NCBI GenBank assembly: GCA_976551045.1
Contig: CDPCPM010000114.1
Location: 620,001-684,000, forward strand
Direction of reading: 5' to 3'
DNA length: 64,000 nucleotides
Source: Glaucostegus cemiculus
Taxonomy: Eukaryota
The notes beneath the pieces were generated by a model. It had not been told where the DNA came from and did not search any database. It was given only the letters and a program-made list of their open reading frames with translations. Position numbers and translations under genes: made by a program. Positions 1-12,570 of the stretch are shown here, one piece after another; within the stretch, counting starts at the first letter, position 1, and each line of letters begins with the position of its first letter.

Positions 1-850
1 GCAGGTGCTGCTGGGGGTTCTTGATGGGATGAGAATTTGAGTAGTTTGGGAGGTGATGCATCCCTTCCACTGTTTCCACATAGTTTCTACCGGCTCCTGA
101 TGAATAGACTTGAGGTCCTCAATGCTGTCCCAAATGCTCCTTCTGCAACTTGAGCAATCATGGGCCAGGATTCCCACAAGTTGGTGGGCATATTACATTT
201 TTTCAATGAGACCTTGAGGACATCCTTGAATTTCTTCTTCTGTTTATCTCTTGCCATGACAGAATAGATAGTCTATTGTGAGAGTCTGGTGTTGGGCATT
301 TGACTGAGATGGCCAATTCATTGGAGCCAACTTAGTAAGGCTTCAGTGCAGGAGATGCAGGCCTTGGAGATGTCACTGATGTTGGCTTGCTTTTTCTGCC
401 AGTGCATTCAGAGGATTTTATGGAGACAACATTGATGGTATCTCCTAGTGCTTTGGAGCTATGTGCTGTAGTTAGTTGATGTCACAGAAGCATCTAAGAT
501 AGCAGGGATCATAGGTTTGAGTCTTGATCTTCTAATCTTATTGTTCCTTAGACCACCAAGGCTGTACTGGTGTACTGAAGGTGATGTTGAATTTCATTAT
601 TTAGATGTCTTCTTTGAGAGGTGGCTCCTGAAATTTGGGAAGCAGATCATGTTTTCCAGGATCTCATAGTGGACCTTTATTTTCAGAGGACAGTTTTGAA
701 CAATGGGCAGGTTGATGGAGGACCTTGTTTAGTGGATGTTAAGTGTATGCTTCAGTGAATACATTGAGAATGGTTTGGAGCTCAGCTTCCAAATGTGTGC
801 AAGTGACCTTAGTTCTGGAATGGAAGTTGAACAGTTTCCCATTTGTCCTG
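1..850 (-). mobile_element. Decayed RTE-clade LINE, C-terminal part of the RT ORF
   Basis: The minus strand of ~171-240 translates to KKKFKDVLKVSLKKCNMPTNLWE, resembling the RTE C-terminal 'KRFKDxLKxSLKxxxI...WE' segment; no long open frame remains. Boundaries approximate. Confidence 0.75.
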
Positions 851-2876
851 CAGATTAATGAAACTTGAGCCCTTAAAGCTCTGAGTCAGAAGCAAGTGGC
901 CTGCTTGTTGAGCCACAGCTGAAACTTTTCCTCTCCTTTCCAAATCAACATCTTGAGTTACTCAAGGCAAAATGCACTCTCATCTTCCGACTATCTGGAA
1001 AGTTTTGTGCAGTAAAAATGTTCATTGCTCATTGAATTAAAAAAAAGTTCTGTATAGGTGATAGGGTGGATTAGTGGTTTGTTCAAAGTTGATCAGCTTT
1101 AATTGCTGAGAGAACGATTGTTGGTAAAAAGGAAAGCATGGGATTAAATTTTTCAAAGCACATTGTAAATCTATTGGCCTGGTTCTTTCCACGTTGACCT
1201 TTTCTGTTAAGGATTAATTCATGTTTTAAATGCAAGTGTGAGCAGTTTTATGTCATAATGATACCACAATTAATATTGTATTAAGAGCTGGAATCTAGTG
1301 TTGCAGACTGCCCCGAGATCAAATGGTTCTTGAAGTTGGAGCCGTACTTCAGATTCAGTTCAGGCCTTGATACTATAGTGTATGATCCACAAGTTTCGCG
1401 TGAAGCAATTTTGACTTTGTACCAACGTTGCAGTGTTTATATATATTCCAAACCCATTGAAGTGCTAGAGAGTAGAAGATTTGGGGTTTGATTCCTTGAA
1501 CTTTGAAGAGATTTACTCTTAATGCAAATCATACAGAGGCATAGACAGTTACCCAAAAGAAATGAAGATGTATTCACGACATGTTACTTAAGTTACCACA
1601 GTGCATTTTACAGTAGAAATCTTGAGTGATGAGATCACCATTGTTGATTTTACAATTAGTGCTGCTGTATGAAGGGAAGAACCCCATAGAAACCCTGATT
1701 TTTTTTCTGATAATAGTGTTTAACTGGTGAAGAGCACTGACTTTCCTGCAGCTGCAGCAAGTGGTCTCATCTGATCAAGTTTTCAACTTTCCTTTATTCT
1801 GAATAAGCTGTGGGAAAAGGTGAAGTTTTTGCCTGTAGCACAGTTGGCCAGGAATCAACAAATAAATTACTTAAAGACTGCAATTAGCATTTGGGAAAAA
1901 AGAAGGGGTGCAGAAAAATGTGGCCAATGATTGAAATACCACATTCGAGATATGTGAACAGGATGACTGAGTTGGAAACTATGACATGGTTTGGGAGACA
2001 ATATCTAAAGCATTGTACACAACTATTACCTCTGATTGTATTTGTGCAAAACCTGCAAGGCATACTTCTCTTTTCTTTGGTGGAAGTAACATACATGAAA
2101 CAAAAATCAAGTACTCAGGCTTTCAGCTCAAAATGTCCTTCTGCTTTTTGAGGGTTTCTCAGCAGAGTCAGCAATCATAGCTGTAAAGTCATTGGTGTCT
2201 GAAGAGTTGCACCTTTCACCTCCATTCTGATCCCTGCTCGCATGCACCACCATCACTGTTTGGTTTCCTTTTAAAAGAGGGACTTATTTTCCTAGTTTTG
2301 AATTCAGCAAGTAAAGAACCTGGTACGTCTTTGCATAGTACTGTTAAAATGTCTGCAGGAAACAAAAAAAACAGGAAGAATGCACTGACAGCCAAAGAAA
2401 GCAATGTTATCAACAAGTACCACTAAAGCATGGGACAAAATGAACTAGAAATGCCAGCCATATCAGTCTTATTTAATAAACACCATGTTCGGCTTGAGCA
2501 ACCAGCCCCCAAAATCCTATTGCACCCATGTTTAAGAACAAAAGAGAGTCCGTGGTACCTATCAAGAGACCATATTTACTTAATGGATTGATTTTAATAA
2601 TTCACACTAATAGCACAGCTTTATTTTTGCAATTAGAAACTACTGTTCCAGTGTATGAATTTGGTACATGAGGGCACAAGGCCAGTTTTCTAAAGGAAGA
2701 GTCATTACTATTCCCAGACTCTCTACTGCTTACAGTACCTTAGAAGATATGGCTTCTTGGAGACGGGAAATGTGGGTTGAGGCCAGCTTGATTCAATTTA
2801 ATGTCTTTTCCATTCAAAAGGTTCTGTTGTAACTTAAGATCTCTTCCATAATTTGTAATTAGCACTATGCTACAGA

Positions 2877-3445
2877 GTGTCTGCTATCATGAAGAAGGCA
2901 CGCCAGTGCCTCTACTTCGTTAGGAGTTTGAGGAGATTTAGTATGTCACCAAAGACACTTGCAAATCTCTATAGATGTATGGTGGAGAGCATTCTGACTG
3001 GTTGCATCACAACCTGGTATGGAGACTCCAATGCACAGGACTGCAAGAGGCTGCAGAGGGTTGTAGATTCAGCCATCTCCGTCCCAGGCACAACCCTCCC
3101 CACTATCGAAGACCTCTTCAAGAGGCGGTGCATCAAGAAGGTGGCATCCATATTAAGGACACTCACCATCTGGGACATGCCCTCTTCTCATTACTACCAT
3201 CAGGGAGGAGGTGCAGGAGCCTGAAGACCCACACTCAGCAATTTAGGAACAGCTTCTTCCCCTCCACCATCAGATTTCTGAATGGTCCATGAACCCATGA
3301 ACACTACCCTGTTATTCCTTTTTTTGCTCTGTTGATTTATTTTTAAATTTATAGTAATTTTATGTTTTTGCACTGTACTGCTGCTGCAAAGCAACAAATT
3401 TCATGTCATGTAAGTCAGTGATAATAAATCTGATTCTAATTCTGC
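2877..3445 (+). mobile_element. Rex1/Babar-type LINE, 5'-truncated 3' fragment
   Basis: The ORFs read KKARQCLYFVRSLRRF...ESILTGCITTWYG and, after a frameshift, HLGHALFSLLPSGRRCRSLKTHTQQFRNSFFPSTIRFLN, typical of the Rex1 RT C-terminus. It ends with AATAAA and a (ctgatt)-like tail at ~3424-3442. Confidence 0.9.
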
Positions 3446-4499
3446 CTTATTGGTGATAGTCAGCATCAGGTAAGCTATTAGAGATGTGACTTTGTCTCCC
3501 CGTTCATTTTGGGGATTTGGATAGGCATAAATCTTGTGGTGCAATTGATGGATGGGTTTGAAGCTTTTGTGTTGGCTTAAGCAATATTCCTCCCATAAAC
3601 TACAACATCAAGAACAGATTAACAATTTAACATATTTCAAAGTAAGGTATAGTGCTTTGAGGACCTCTGGGGAAACTAATAAGCATGGTAAAATACATTT
3701 ATTTGTATACAGATTTTTACAGTTCACAATGCAACATCAAAAACATGTGTTCAGCCATTCTCCCAAACTCACATTAACAAATACTTCCCAGGAATGACTG
3801 CCAATTAGTTTAACACCAACAGTGAAAGGGTCTATAGACAATTCATCAACAGATCATTGGTATAGTATCATCAGCACAATGTCATCAGATGTCAATTTTT
3901 GGATATTTGTAAAAAGCAGTGTTCAAAAACTGTGGTGAAGATGATGTAAACATGCTTTTGCTCTTTCAGATGATCTACTGCTAGACACAAACAAGAACAT
4001 CATAAATGGAGGTGTGTTGATACACCATCCCCTAGTGAAACAAATTCTACAAGCACTATCTGCCAGTCTGCGCAATACCTTTATTATATATTGCAGTGTA
4101 ATTTACTGGACCTCGGATAGCATTTGGATCTTTTGTTAATGAAATGAAAGAGTGTAGAGCACACAGAGTCCTTTGTACGTATTACTAGCATCCTACAAAT
4201 TACATGGTAATTATGGAGCCTGTAAGAATCACACGACATCTGCTCTAAACGTTTAATAGATCTGCGATTTGGAGGATCTGACGGAGAGTTTTGAAATAGT
4301 AGATTATAGCAGTCTCCCATGATGGAAGAATCACCCAACGACTCACAATATGTCACTGTTTTATGTATACTCCCCATGGCTTTCTCTGTCATTTACGAAG
4401 GTTTCAAGGGTTTAAAACAAGAACTGAAGGGATCCTGGACAAAGAAAATTAACGCTTTTATTAATTATTTGAGAAGCTAGATATATTGTTAATTTTTTT

Positions 4500-7400
4500 A
4501 ATATAAAAAGGAGGGAAGTTTGAACAGATTCCTGCCGCGATGCGGTGCCGCCAGCTGTGTTCTGTGTTGGGGGTCAGGCGGTGAAATTTGAGCACACGTC
4601 ACGTGCTTCTCAGCAGCTCCCTTGAGGCATGACCCGGCTCCCCTGCTTTACAGCACAGAGTGTGCTAAACGTAAATAACCCGCGCTTGTATTCTGCTATA
4701 TATTGCAGAGAGTAAACCAGAAACTGAAGACAACTGTGTGACTTATAATCGCGCACGTTAATTTTAAAAGCAGTAAGGGAGGGCAAGCATGTAAATGATC
4801 ATTGCATTTTAAATTGTATTTAATTGTCATTCTTCTCAAGTTGTAGTTTTATAACCGAAATATGTTGTCGTGACTTTGAGCTTCAAACGTCGTTGTAGAA
4901 GTTAATTCACCTGTGTGGATACAATTATACGTGTTCAGATTGCAGTGAATAGACGTGTCAACTACTCACTATACTTATTGTAACAGAGTCTAAGCACCTT
5001 GCTAATAATTAATGCCTAAACAATACAATTATTTTCTGATGTTGTAGTGTATAGTGTGCACAATGTGATTAAACTTTTGGCATAGTTCACTTTTTATAAT
5101 GGAGTACAACAGCACGCAAACATGCTGCATTTTTAGTCAGATGTGGTTTTCTTCATGGTGGTCAGTTTTATTTAACATCAATTGTTATTGCGTTAGTCAA
5201 ACGTGCAGGATGTTTCTTCAACTCAGCGAGAACCGTATCTCTCAAAAATATATAAACACCAAATCAAAAATAGATTGATAGGCTTTACTTCCCCATAGAG
5301 TTTGGACGCTTCAGCCAATGTACTTTATTCCATAATGTAATGGGTATCGTGTTAGCTGGCATTTAAACACAAAAACATTGCATTGCCTTGTGTGTGTGTT
5401 CCGCCTTCCGGAGGAGAAGCACTTTGTAATATTACCAAACGTTACGCGTGGTTCAGTAAATGCAATATAAATTCATGTTAATTAACTAAACGTATTTAAA
5501 CCAGATTAGAGCATACCCACATTTGAGGTTTTGCACAAAATATTTTAAACGGCTAGGACCGGACGAACATGGATATATATATTTGTGACAGGGAAGGGGA
5601 GCAGATGAATGAACTAACATAAAATGTGAATCTACTTGCATATTCTTTCTATAAACCTCTTTGTGGTGTTGGGGCTCATACAAAGGGGCTCTGATTCCGT
5701 GTAAAGAGCAAACAGGTTCGAACATTCCGGGGATTATGCGTCCTTGTCATGTTTAAGATAAAAATAGCGGAAATTAATGCAGAATACGGTACATCAATTG
5801 ACCGTTGACTAGAGTTAGTGCAACAGACTTGATGGGAACCGCATGTTCCACTGTATTTAAATGAAGCGTGCTCTGTAAATTTATCACAGGTCATAAAAGA
5901 CAGCTTGCCTCTGTAATCAGCAGGAAGCATGTCGGACTTATGACGGAGGTTGGGTGGCAGTGCTGATCTTTATCCAGTGCTTAAGGGGCTCTTGTCTGGC
6001 CGCGCTGCAAACTGAAGCCTGAAACCAAAATGATACAAGGACCAAAGTGATACTATCACCTGTTCTGTTTTAATCGTAACGGATATCTATAGGTCGCAGT
6101 TTTGTGGTGATGCACAACAACGATATAAGTGTTCAACAATGCAAATAGAACTAGTCTCTAGTGAAGCTTATTGGTCATTTAGATACAGCAGTTGCGGCTG
6201 TCACTTGGTCGTTTAAGGACCACACTAAGGTTACTTATTTGATTCGTGAATAATTACTTCAGTTTCAGGCGCAGTAAACATGCCTGTGGTTCGTGTGAAA
6301 CAAAGGCACTTTCTGTCACTCTCACTCCCATTCTTAGACACGGCGGACTATCCTGGAACTCACTGCAAATCATCTGTGTGTCATGCGGGGAGGTCTGTTA
6401 TCTGGAGTGACTCCAGACGTTAAAACATTCTGTTTGGACATTGAGTGTCACGTAAAATCACATTGGCTTGAAACTGCGTGTCTCTCACGACATATTTAAA
6501 ATGTTTTTTTTCTTCTGCAGTAGTGTAGATTTTAAATGTTAACTTGGCAGTAATGCTGATTCTGGCCGTCATAATGTATGTTCGCACTCGGCAATTTTCC
6601 AGAATGAATGAACTCGTGTTGCCTGGTTGCACGCTGTATTGTGCAGCATCTGCGCAGCAGACGAAGTAAAGGTTTTAGCGGAGGTTTAAGCTGAAGCCGT
6701 GTCAGGGTGTGGTGGAAGATGATTTAGCAGGGGAGTAGTGAATTGCTGCTGTGGAGATCGATCTTGTATGAAGTAGTGCGTGTTGTAAGTGGTGATTAGA
6801 TATGCGTGGAAGGAGTATCTGTTGGGGCGCTTGGTGCAGAAATTGCACTCACGCTGAAGTCAGAAATTGCAAAGTCGAAATCTTTTCTACCATCGGATGA
6901 AAAGAAAATTAATTGACAGGTTTTGAAATTCTTTTGGGAGATTCTTCGACATAGCTGCCCTTATTTGGATAGGTTCCTAAGAGGAATGTCAATATAGTTT
7001 AAATGGTTGAATTAAAATGTAACAGCTTCAATTGAAAATCAAATTAAACTACGGATGCTGGAAATTGAAATGAAAACAAAGTGCCGAAAACACTCAGTAT
7101 GTCAGGTAGCAATGATTTGGGCATAAATCCTTTCTCATTATTCTGGGCAGGGTAAAAGTAACTTGAATTTCTTACTGGTAGGGCGTATCGCTAACATTAT
7201 CTACTTATCTCATTTGTAGTAATTTGAGTCGGTCACTTTCTTAGAGGTACGCCGTGTTGGCCCCTACCGGCTACTTTCACCTTTTATTCCGGATGAAAGG
7301 ATCATGACTTGGGTCGTGGGGGGAGAGAGGTGGGGGTGGGGAGTCATGTGACGTGATAAGGAGATGTTTCGTGTGAAGTTAGGCGTAGATCTGGAAACTG

Positions 7401-7620
7401 AACAAGTTGTGTAAATACATTTAGGAAATTCTGAGAATGTTAACAGAAATAAAATGGGATGGAGTAAGCAGAATGGCAAACTAGAAAATCCGCCTCAGTG
7501 GAACGGGTTTATGAATGAAATGGGCTCCGAAGTGAATGGGTCAGGCAGCATCAATGGAGAGGCAAACATAGTTAACGTTTCCGATCAATGACCCTTCGTC
7601 ACAACTGATGAAGGGACGTT
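4500..7620. promoter_or_regulatory. CpG-retaining block 1 (putative non-methylated island/promoter)
   Basis: CG dinucleotides are visibly frequent here versus the depleted flanks. Motifs: GTCACGTG E-box at 4598-4605, TCATGTGACGT E-box/CRE overlap at ~7344-7354, G-tracts at 7311-7341. Donor-like sites occur on both strands (+ GTAAGT at 6785; - GTGAGT at 6852-6847). Confidence 0.55.
7051..7114 (-). repeat. Penelope-type terminal-repeat half unit
   Basis: gatgctggaaattgaaatgaaaacaaagtgccgaaaacactcagtatgtcaggtagca matches the repeat family that recurs about 15 times in this window. Confidence 0.65.
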
Positions 7621-7700
7621 GAACTGAGTTTTCTCTCTCCACAGATGCTGTCTGACCTACAGTATTTCCAGCACTTCGTTTTTATTTTAGATTTCCAGTA
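7539..7700. mobile_element. Inverted pair of Penelope-type terminal repeats with decayed hammerhead motifs
   Basis: The left half (tcaggcagcatc...gttaacgtttccgatcaatgacccttcgtcac) is the reverse complement of the family unit. The right half (ctgatgaaggg...tctctccacagatgctgtctgacc...gatttccag) is the sense unit. Confidence 0.75.
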
Positions 7701-9270
7701 TTCCTGTCTATTTACCCGTAGAAGCTTTCATTGTCTACTTGTACATTATTTGCTAGTTTTCTTTCTTACTGATTTTTCTCACTTTTGATAATTTTCTTGG
7801 TATTTCTGGCCTACCATTAATCTCTGCAACATTGTTTGCCTTTTCTTTTAAATTGATACCACCCTTAACTTCCTTTGTTAGCCATAAACAATGCATCTTT
7901 CTCATAGGTCTTTTCTTTCACACTGAAATACACCTTTGCTGAGATTTATTAACTATTTCCTTAAATGTCTGCCATTGCTGATCTGCATCTTACCCTTTTA
8001 GTCTATTTTCCAGTCCACTTCAGTGAGCTTTGTTCTTGCACCATTGCAATGCCATAATTTAGACACAGACCTTCGCTTTTGACCCTCAAACTGCATTTGA
8101 CAGTTGACCAGACAATGATCGCTCTTTCCTAGGGGATTCTTTCCTGTGAGATATATGAGACTACCAGATCTAAAATAATCTGCTCCCTAGTGGGTTCCTC
8201 AACAAGTGTTCAAATAACTCATTCTGAATACACACTATGAGCCTGTCCTTAAGGCTAGTTTTGCCAATTTCATTTCTCCAATCTATATAATTATTAAAAT
8301 CACCCTTGATTATTCTGCTTTTTTTTTACAAGACCACATTATTTATTTATTTTTACAGCAGTATCTTAGGGTTTTTTAATATTACTCCCACCAGTGACTT
8401 CTTACCCTTTTTTCTTAACTCCACCCAAACTGATTCCTGAAGTTTTGAGCTTCTGAACCTCAATATCATTCCTCACCATTGTGGGATTTCATCATTTATT
8501 AACAGAGCCATTACAGCTACTTTTTCTTTCAGCCTATCCTTCCAAAATGTCAAATATCCCTGAACATACAAATCCCAATTTGGTTACCTTGCAACCATCT
8601 CTCTAATAGTTATCAGATTATTCCCATTTATATTTGCGCTGTCAATTTGTCTATCTTGTTGTGAGGGGTACAATCAGAAAAACAGAATTTCATTGTATTT
8701 TTCCTTACCCTGACTTTTTGCCGGAGTATGCTCTGTTCATTCCTGATGAACTCTGCGTATCATTACATGTACAATTGCCTCCTTTCTTTTCGCCTTCTAA
8801 AATACCACTTCACTGAACTGCTACCTTCTACTTCAAACTCAGTTTTCCTCCTGCTTCTAACTGTTTCCCAACCCCTTGCCAAGCTAGTTTAAACCCTCCA
8901 CAATAGGACTAGCAAACCACGCTGTGAGGATATTGTTTATATTCCTGTTGGAGTGCAACCTGTCTGACTTGTAGAGGTCTATCTTCCCCAAGAAATTATC
9001 ATTGTTCCACATCTCTCCAGTCATGCTCCAATCTGCTCTGTACACCGACTTTTGCACACACTAGCACTTAGCATTGGAAATACTTTAGAAATTCCTACTT
9101 TGATGTCACTAGCACATGGTACTGGTAATAATTCAGAGATTACTATCTTTTGAGGTCCTGATTTTTAATTCCTTAGCTCCCCAAGCTCTGCCTGCAAGAC
9201 CTCATCTCCTTCTACCAATGCTGTTGGTACCAATATGGACCATGGCCCCTGCCTGTTCACCCTCCCCTTT
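7700..9270 (-). mobile_element. Old CR1 LINE: ORF1 end plus ORF2 endonuclease region
   Basis: The minus strand of ~8161-8203 reads VEEPTREQIILDLV (CR1 APE endonuclease 'EPTR...LDL'). The minus strand of ~8884-8934 reads NILTAWFASPIVEGLN*, resembling the end of a CR1 ORF1 esterase. Heavily decayed. Confidence 0.75.
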
Positions 9271-9399
9271 CAATGGCATGAAATAGTCAGATTCCATGCA
9301 TGTGCTGGCAGAATTCAGCTCTACCTCACCACCAGCTCTCCACTAACTATAGATTGTTGGTTGGAATATAATTGCTATTGACTTTGCCTTTGCACCACC

Positions 9400-10110
9400 A
9401 TCTCAAACTTTAGTATCTGACCATTAATTTCTTGCCACAACCTTCCTTTTTAACCACCATGCCCACCCCAACTCCTCCCCCCATCCCATACCCTTTCCAT
9501 TGATAAGGCCACCTTTTCTACCTCTAATATCATCCACTTTAGTTTATATTTATCTTAAAACCCTCATCCATTATTTCTTTATCTCCATTGCTCAAAATCT
9601 GAAGTTGACCTGACTTCACTTTCATTTCAATCTTTCATAAACTCAGCCACATCACATTTCTAATCTTTGTGCTTCAACTTTTCAAGACCAATTCATCCAT
9701 AAACCCTACACAGACTGATCAGTATACTGATCTTTCATGAAGTAAAAGATCATGTTTTCAAATCCCTTTGTCCTCATATCTCCTTTCCTTGCAAACTATC
9801 CCTTTTCAACAATTCTCAGAAACCTCTATTTGTTCAACTCTGCCTTTCTTGCATCCTTAGTTACTTTGCTGCACATTTGGTGACTACCTTTCGATACTTT
9901 ATTGGAGGCCAATCATTCAGCCACCTTGCCCCTAAATTGTGTAATTTTGCCCTGTAATCGCTGCCTTTCCATTTATTTCAGTTGCTCACTAAAATCTACA
10001 TTTTTGACCAAGCTTCTGGTCCTTTTTTATTCTTTCTCTGTTTTTGCCTAATTAAAAACCTGGTAAGTGTATTTGGGTGTTTTTTAAGAGTTCAAATCGT
10101 TATTGTTGTT
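9400..10110 (+). mobile_element. Very decayed L2-like LINE remnant
   Basis: Pyrimidine-rich tract ending in 'tttttgaccaagcttctggtc...gtaagtgtatttgggtgtttt...ttgttgttg', similar to the L2-type 3' ends at 17100-17220, 26660-26700 and 41570-41660. Confidence 0.45.
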
Positions 10111-10139
10111 GCTGGATTGAATTGACCTGTGCTGTGCTC

Positions 10140-12570
10140 CCGGGTTAAGATACTAATGTTGTGAGTGGTGCGTAGGATCGTGGAGCCTCTAGAAGAGAAA
10201 CCCAGTATTGGACATGCACAGGTGATGCCGAGACAGAAAATGAATAAAGGGAGCTGATGCGATCGTGTCGAGACCGCTGTTGGTGGTGGTGTGTGAATAT
10301 GTCAGAGTGGGAGTTGACGCGTGTATTAAGACATTGTTGAAGTGTGTCAGGTGGGAGGTGAAGCACTGCGTAGGGGCTGTGCGTGGAATCTGAATGTATC
10401 AAGAATAGGCTTTTTGTGCCTGCGTGAAATGTACATTTTATCTTTCCTTTGTTATGTGCACTCGCAGCGTTCACTAAACTTGGTGCAACGCCGTGCACGA
10501 TCTAGTTCATTCGCTGCTAGTCGACATCGTGCTGATAGCTTGCTGGAACTAAGAGCTTTGCGGGCTGGAGTAAAGATATTTTAGCAAGTCTCTTTCATTC
10601 TCGTGTGTCACGCGGTCAGCGCCTGTCGGTTGGAAAGATCTTTAACTCTTAAGCACCGGTGACAGATTTGATATAATTATTGGTTCGAAGCTGGGGAAAG
10701 TCATCGATCACCAAGCCGCAGAGAGCGTCTGAATTTCTGGACGGATTCCAAACCGTTTCGCAATACTCGGGAATAATAAATAGGCACTTCCAGGTTGCCT
10801 TGAAATCCCAGAGTATTCAATGACTAAGGAGCTTGTGAAAGCTCCACTCAGTTGATACAATTGTACTCAATGGCGAATGTTTTCCATTTAAACCATGTGG
10901 TGGAGGAGGGGAGGGGTGGGTTGGGGCAGGTGGAGTAAATTACTACTACCCACCATGGATTCCAAATATGAAACATGTTGCATCTGAATGCTTCTGTATC
11001 TCACTATCGGTTTGGCTTTGAAACATTCTCCGGAATTGCCCGATTAAGTTAAAGTATTGAACGGTAATGTGTTTGGAGTTGAGTTCAGTATATTTCAGTA
11101 AATCTTATCAGCTCATTAAAGGGGGGAATTTGATTCGTTTGTAAAGGAATAAGAGAGCACGATGCACAATGGAAATAAATGCTGTCATGTGAAGCGGGGG
11201 ATTGGGCTTGGTGAGTACCGCGGAATGCGGCAGCGTGAGGGACTGCCACGGTGGTTACCGAGGCCAAATCACGCTCGAATCGCGGAAGCGGAAGTCCGAG
11301 CGCTCTTCTGCTCCTTTTCTGGAGGAGAGTCACTATGTCGGCTCTATTGCCGGTACAAAACAATTTTATAAAGAATGATTTGCATACTGCTGCCACACGT
11401 AGGAAGCCTGCTACCGACTTTATTTCCGTCGGGATAGTGCCTCGGGTGACAGGGAGGCCGAGAAAGCTAGTACTGTAACTTGTGAAGCGTTAGGAAGGAG
11501 CTGTCGTATGCGTGAAGGGGGCGGAAAGCGGCTTTCCGCCCCCTTCACGCATACGACAGCTCCTTCCTAACTTTGGCCGAGTCAATCACACACATAGGGT
11601 CACTGATGGTGAACAAGATTTAGGGACCATTGACGATGAATTGGAATAAACACGGCCTTCTGCCATACAGAACTGTCAGATGGTTGGCCATTTCTTTTGT
11701 ATCGCCATCATGTCAGTTTTTGATAAAATGAACTGCTTAAGCCTTCCTTTCAGTTCCACCCCATATCCACTAACCCCCCCCCCCCCCCACACGCACAAAC
11801 ATACAGACACCGGTTGAGTACTGACTGCTTTGTATGTTAGCAAGATACTATTTCCCTTACTAAGCGCTGATATTACAAGCACGCTCAGAGGTGTCGGACT
11901 AGCGGAGCAACACTGAACCTTCCGCGTGCCCATCAAATTCAAGAGTATGTCGACACCAAATATACTGAATGATTGACACAAGTGTCTTGGAAAGTCTATA
12001 GGTGTACTATTTTAGTAAAACATCGTAAAATATCCTCAGAGTTATTAACTTACCAATTCGATCGCTCGAGATTGACACCTTCCGAAAAAAAATAGCAATT
12101 TAAGTTAGCTCTATCTCAGATTCAGCTCGACGATCACAACATGCAAAATTAGTTGAGCTGGAACAGCAGCCTATTAACCGTGAATAGTACACAGCGCTGG
12201 CATTCAGATGTTGTATCAAAGAATAGTTGATTTGCAAATGATGAATCCCTGCACATAACAAATCTCAGGGAGATGTCCAGCGGAGGATAATAAGTTCTTT
12301 TGCGAAGAATGGAACATAATATTTTGGAGGCCTATTGCGTTTTTTTCTCCCTGTCGGATTTCTTTTTCCATACAGTTTTGCCGAAAAGGTGGTAGCTGTT
12401 TTGATGCAGTTCCACAGTCATTTTCCTGGAATTCATTTTTTTCAGTTACATGACAGTCACGGACTGTCATCATCTTCTTTGATAACAATTGCTTTTCCTC
12501 GGGACGATTTTCTATGGGAGCATGAGCAGGTCAAGTGAGAAAAGGAGAACCTCCCAATCAACCCATCGTG
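10140..12570. promoter_or_regulatory. CpG-retaining block 2 (putative promoter/first exon)
   Basis: Dense CGs; tandem ETS-type GCGGAAGCGGAAG at ~11282-11294; four G-tracts at 10908-10926; donor TTG|GTGAGT at 11210/11211. Confidence 0.6.
11489..11571. repeat. Perfect inverted repeat, 41-bp arms with a 1-nt spacer
   Basis: gttaggaaggagctgtcgtatgcgtgaagggggcggaaagc (11489-11529), then g (11530), then the exact reverse complement (11531-11571). Confidence 0.98.

Noticed and set aside
6401-6417. Palindrome tctggagt-g-actccaga
   Set aside because: 8-bp arms are expected about once by chance in 64 kb.
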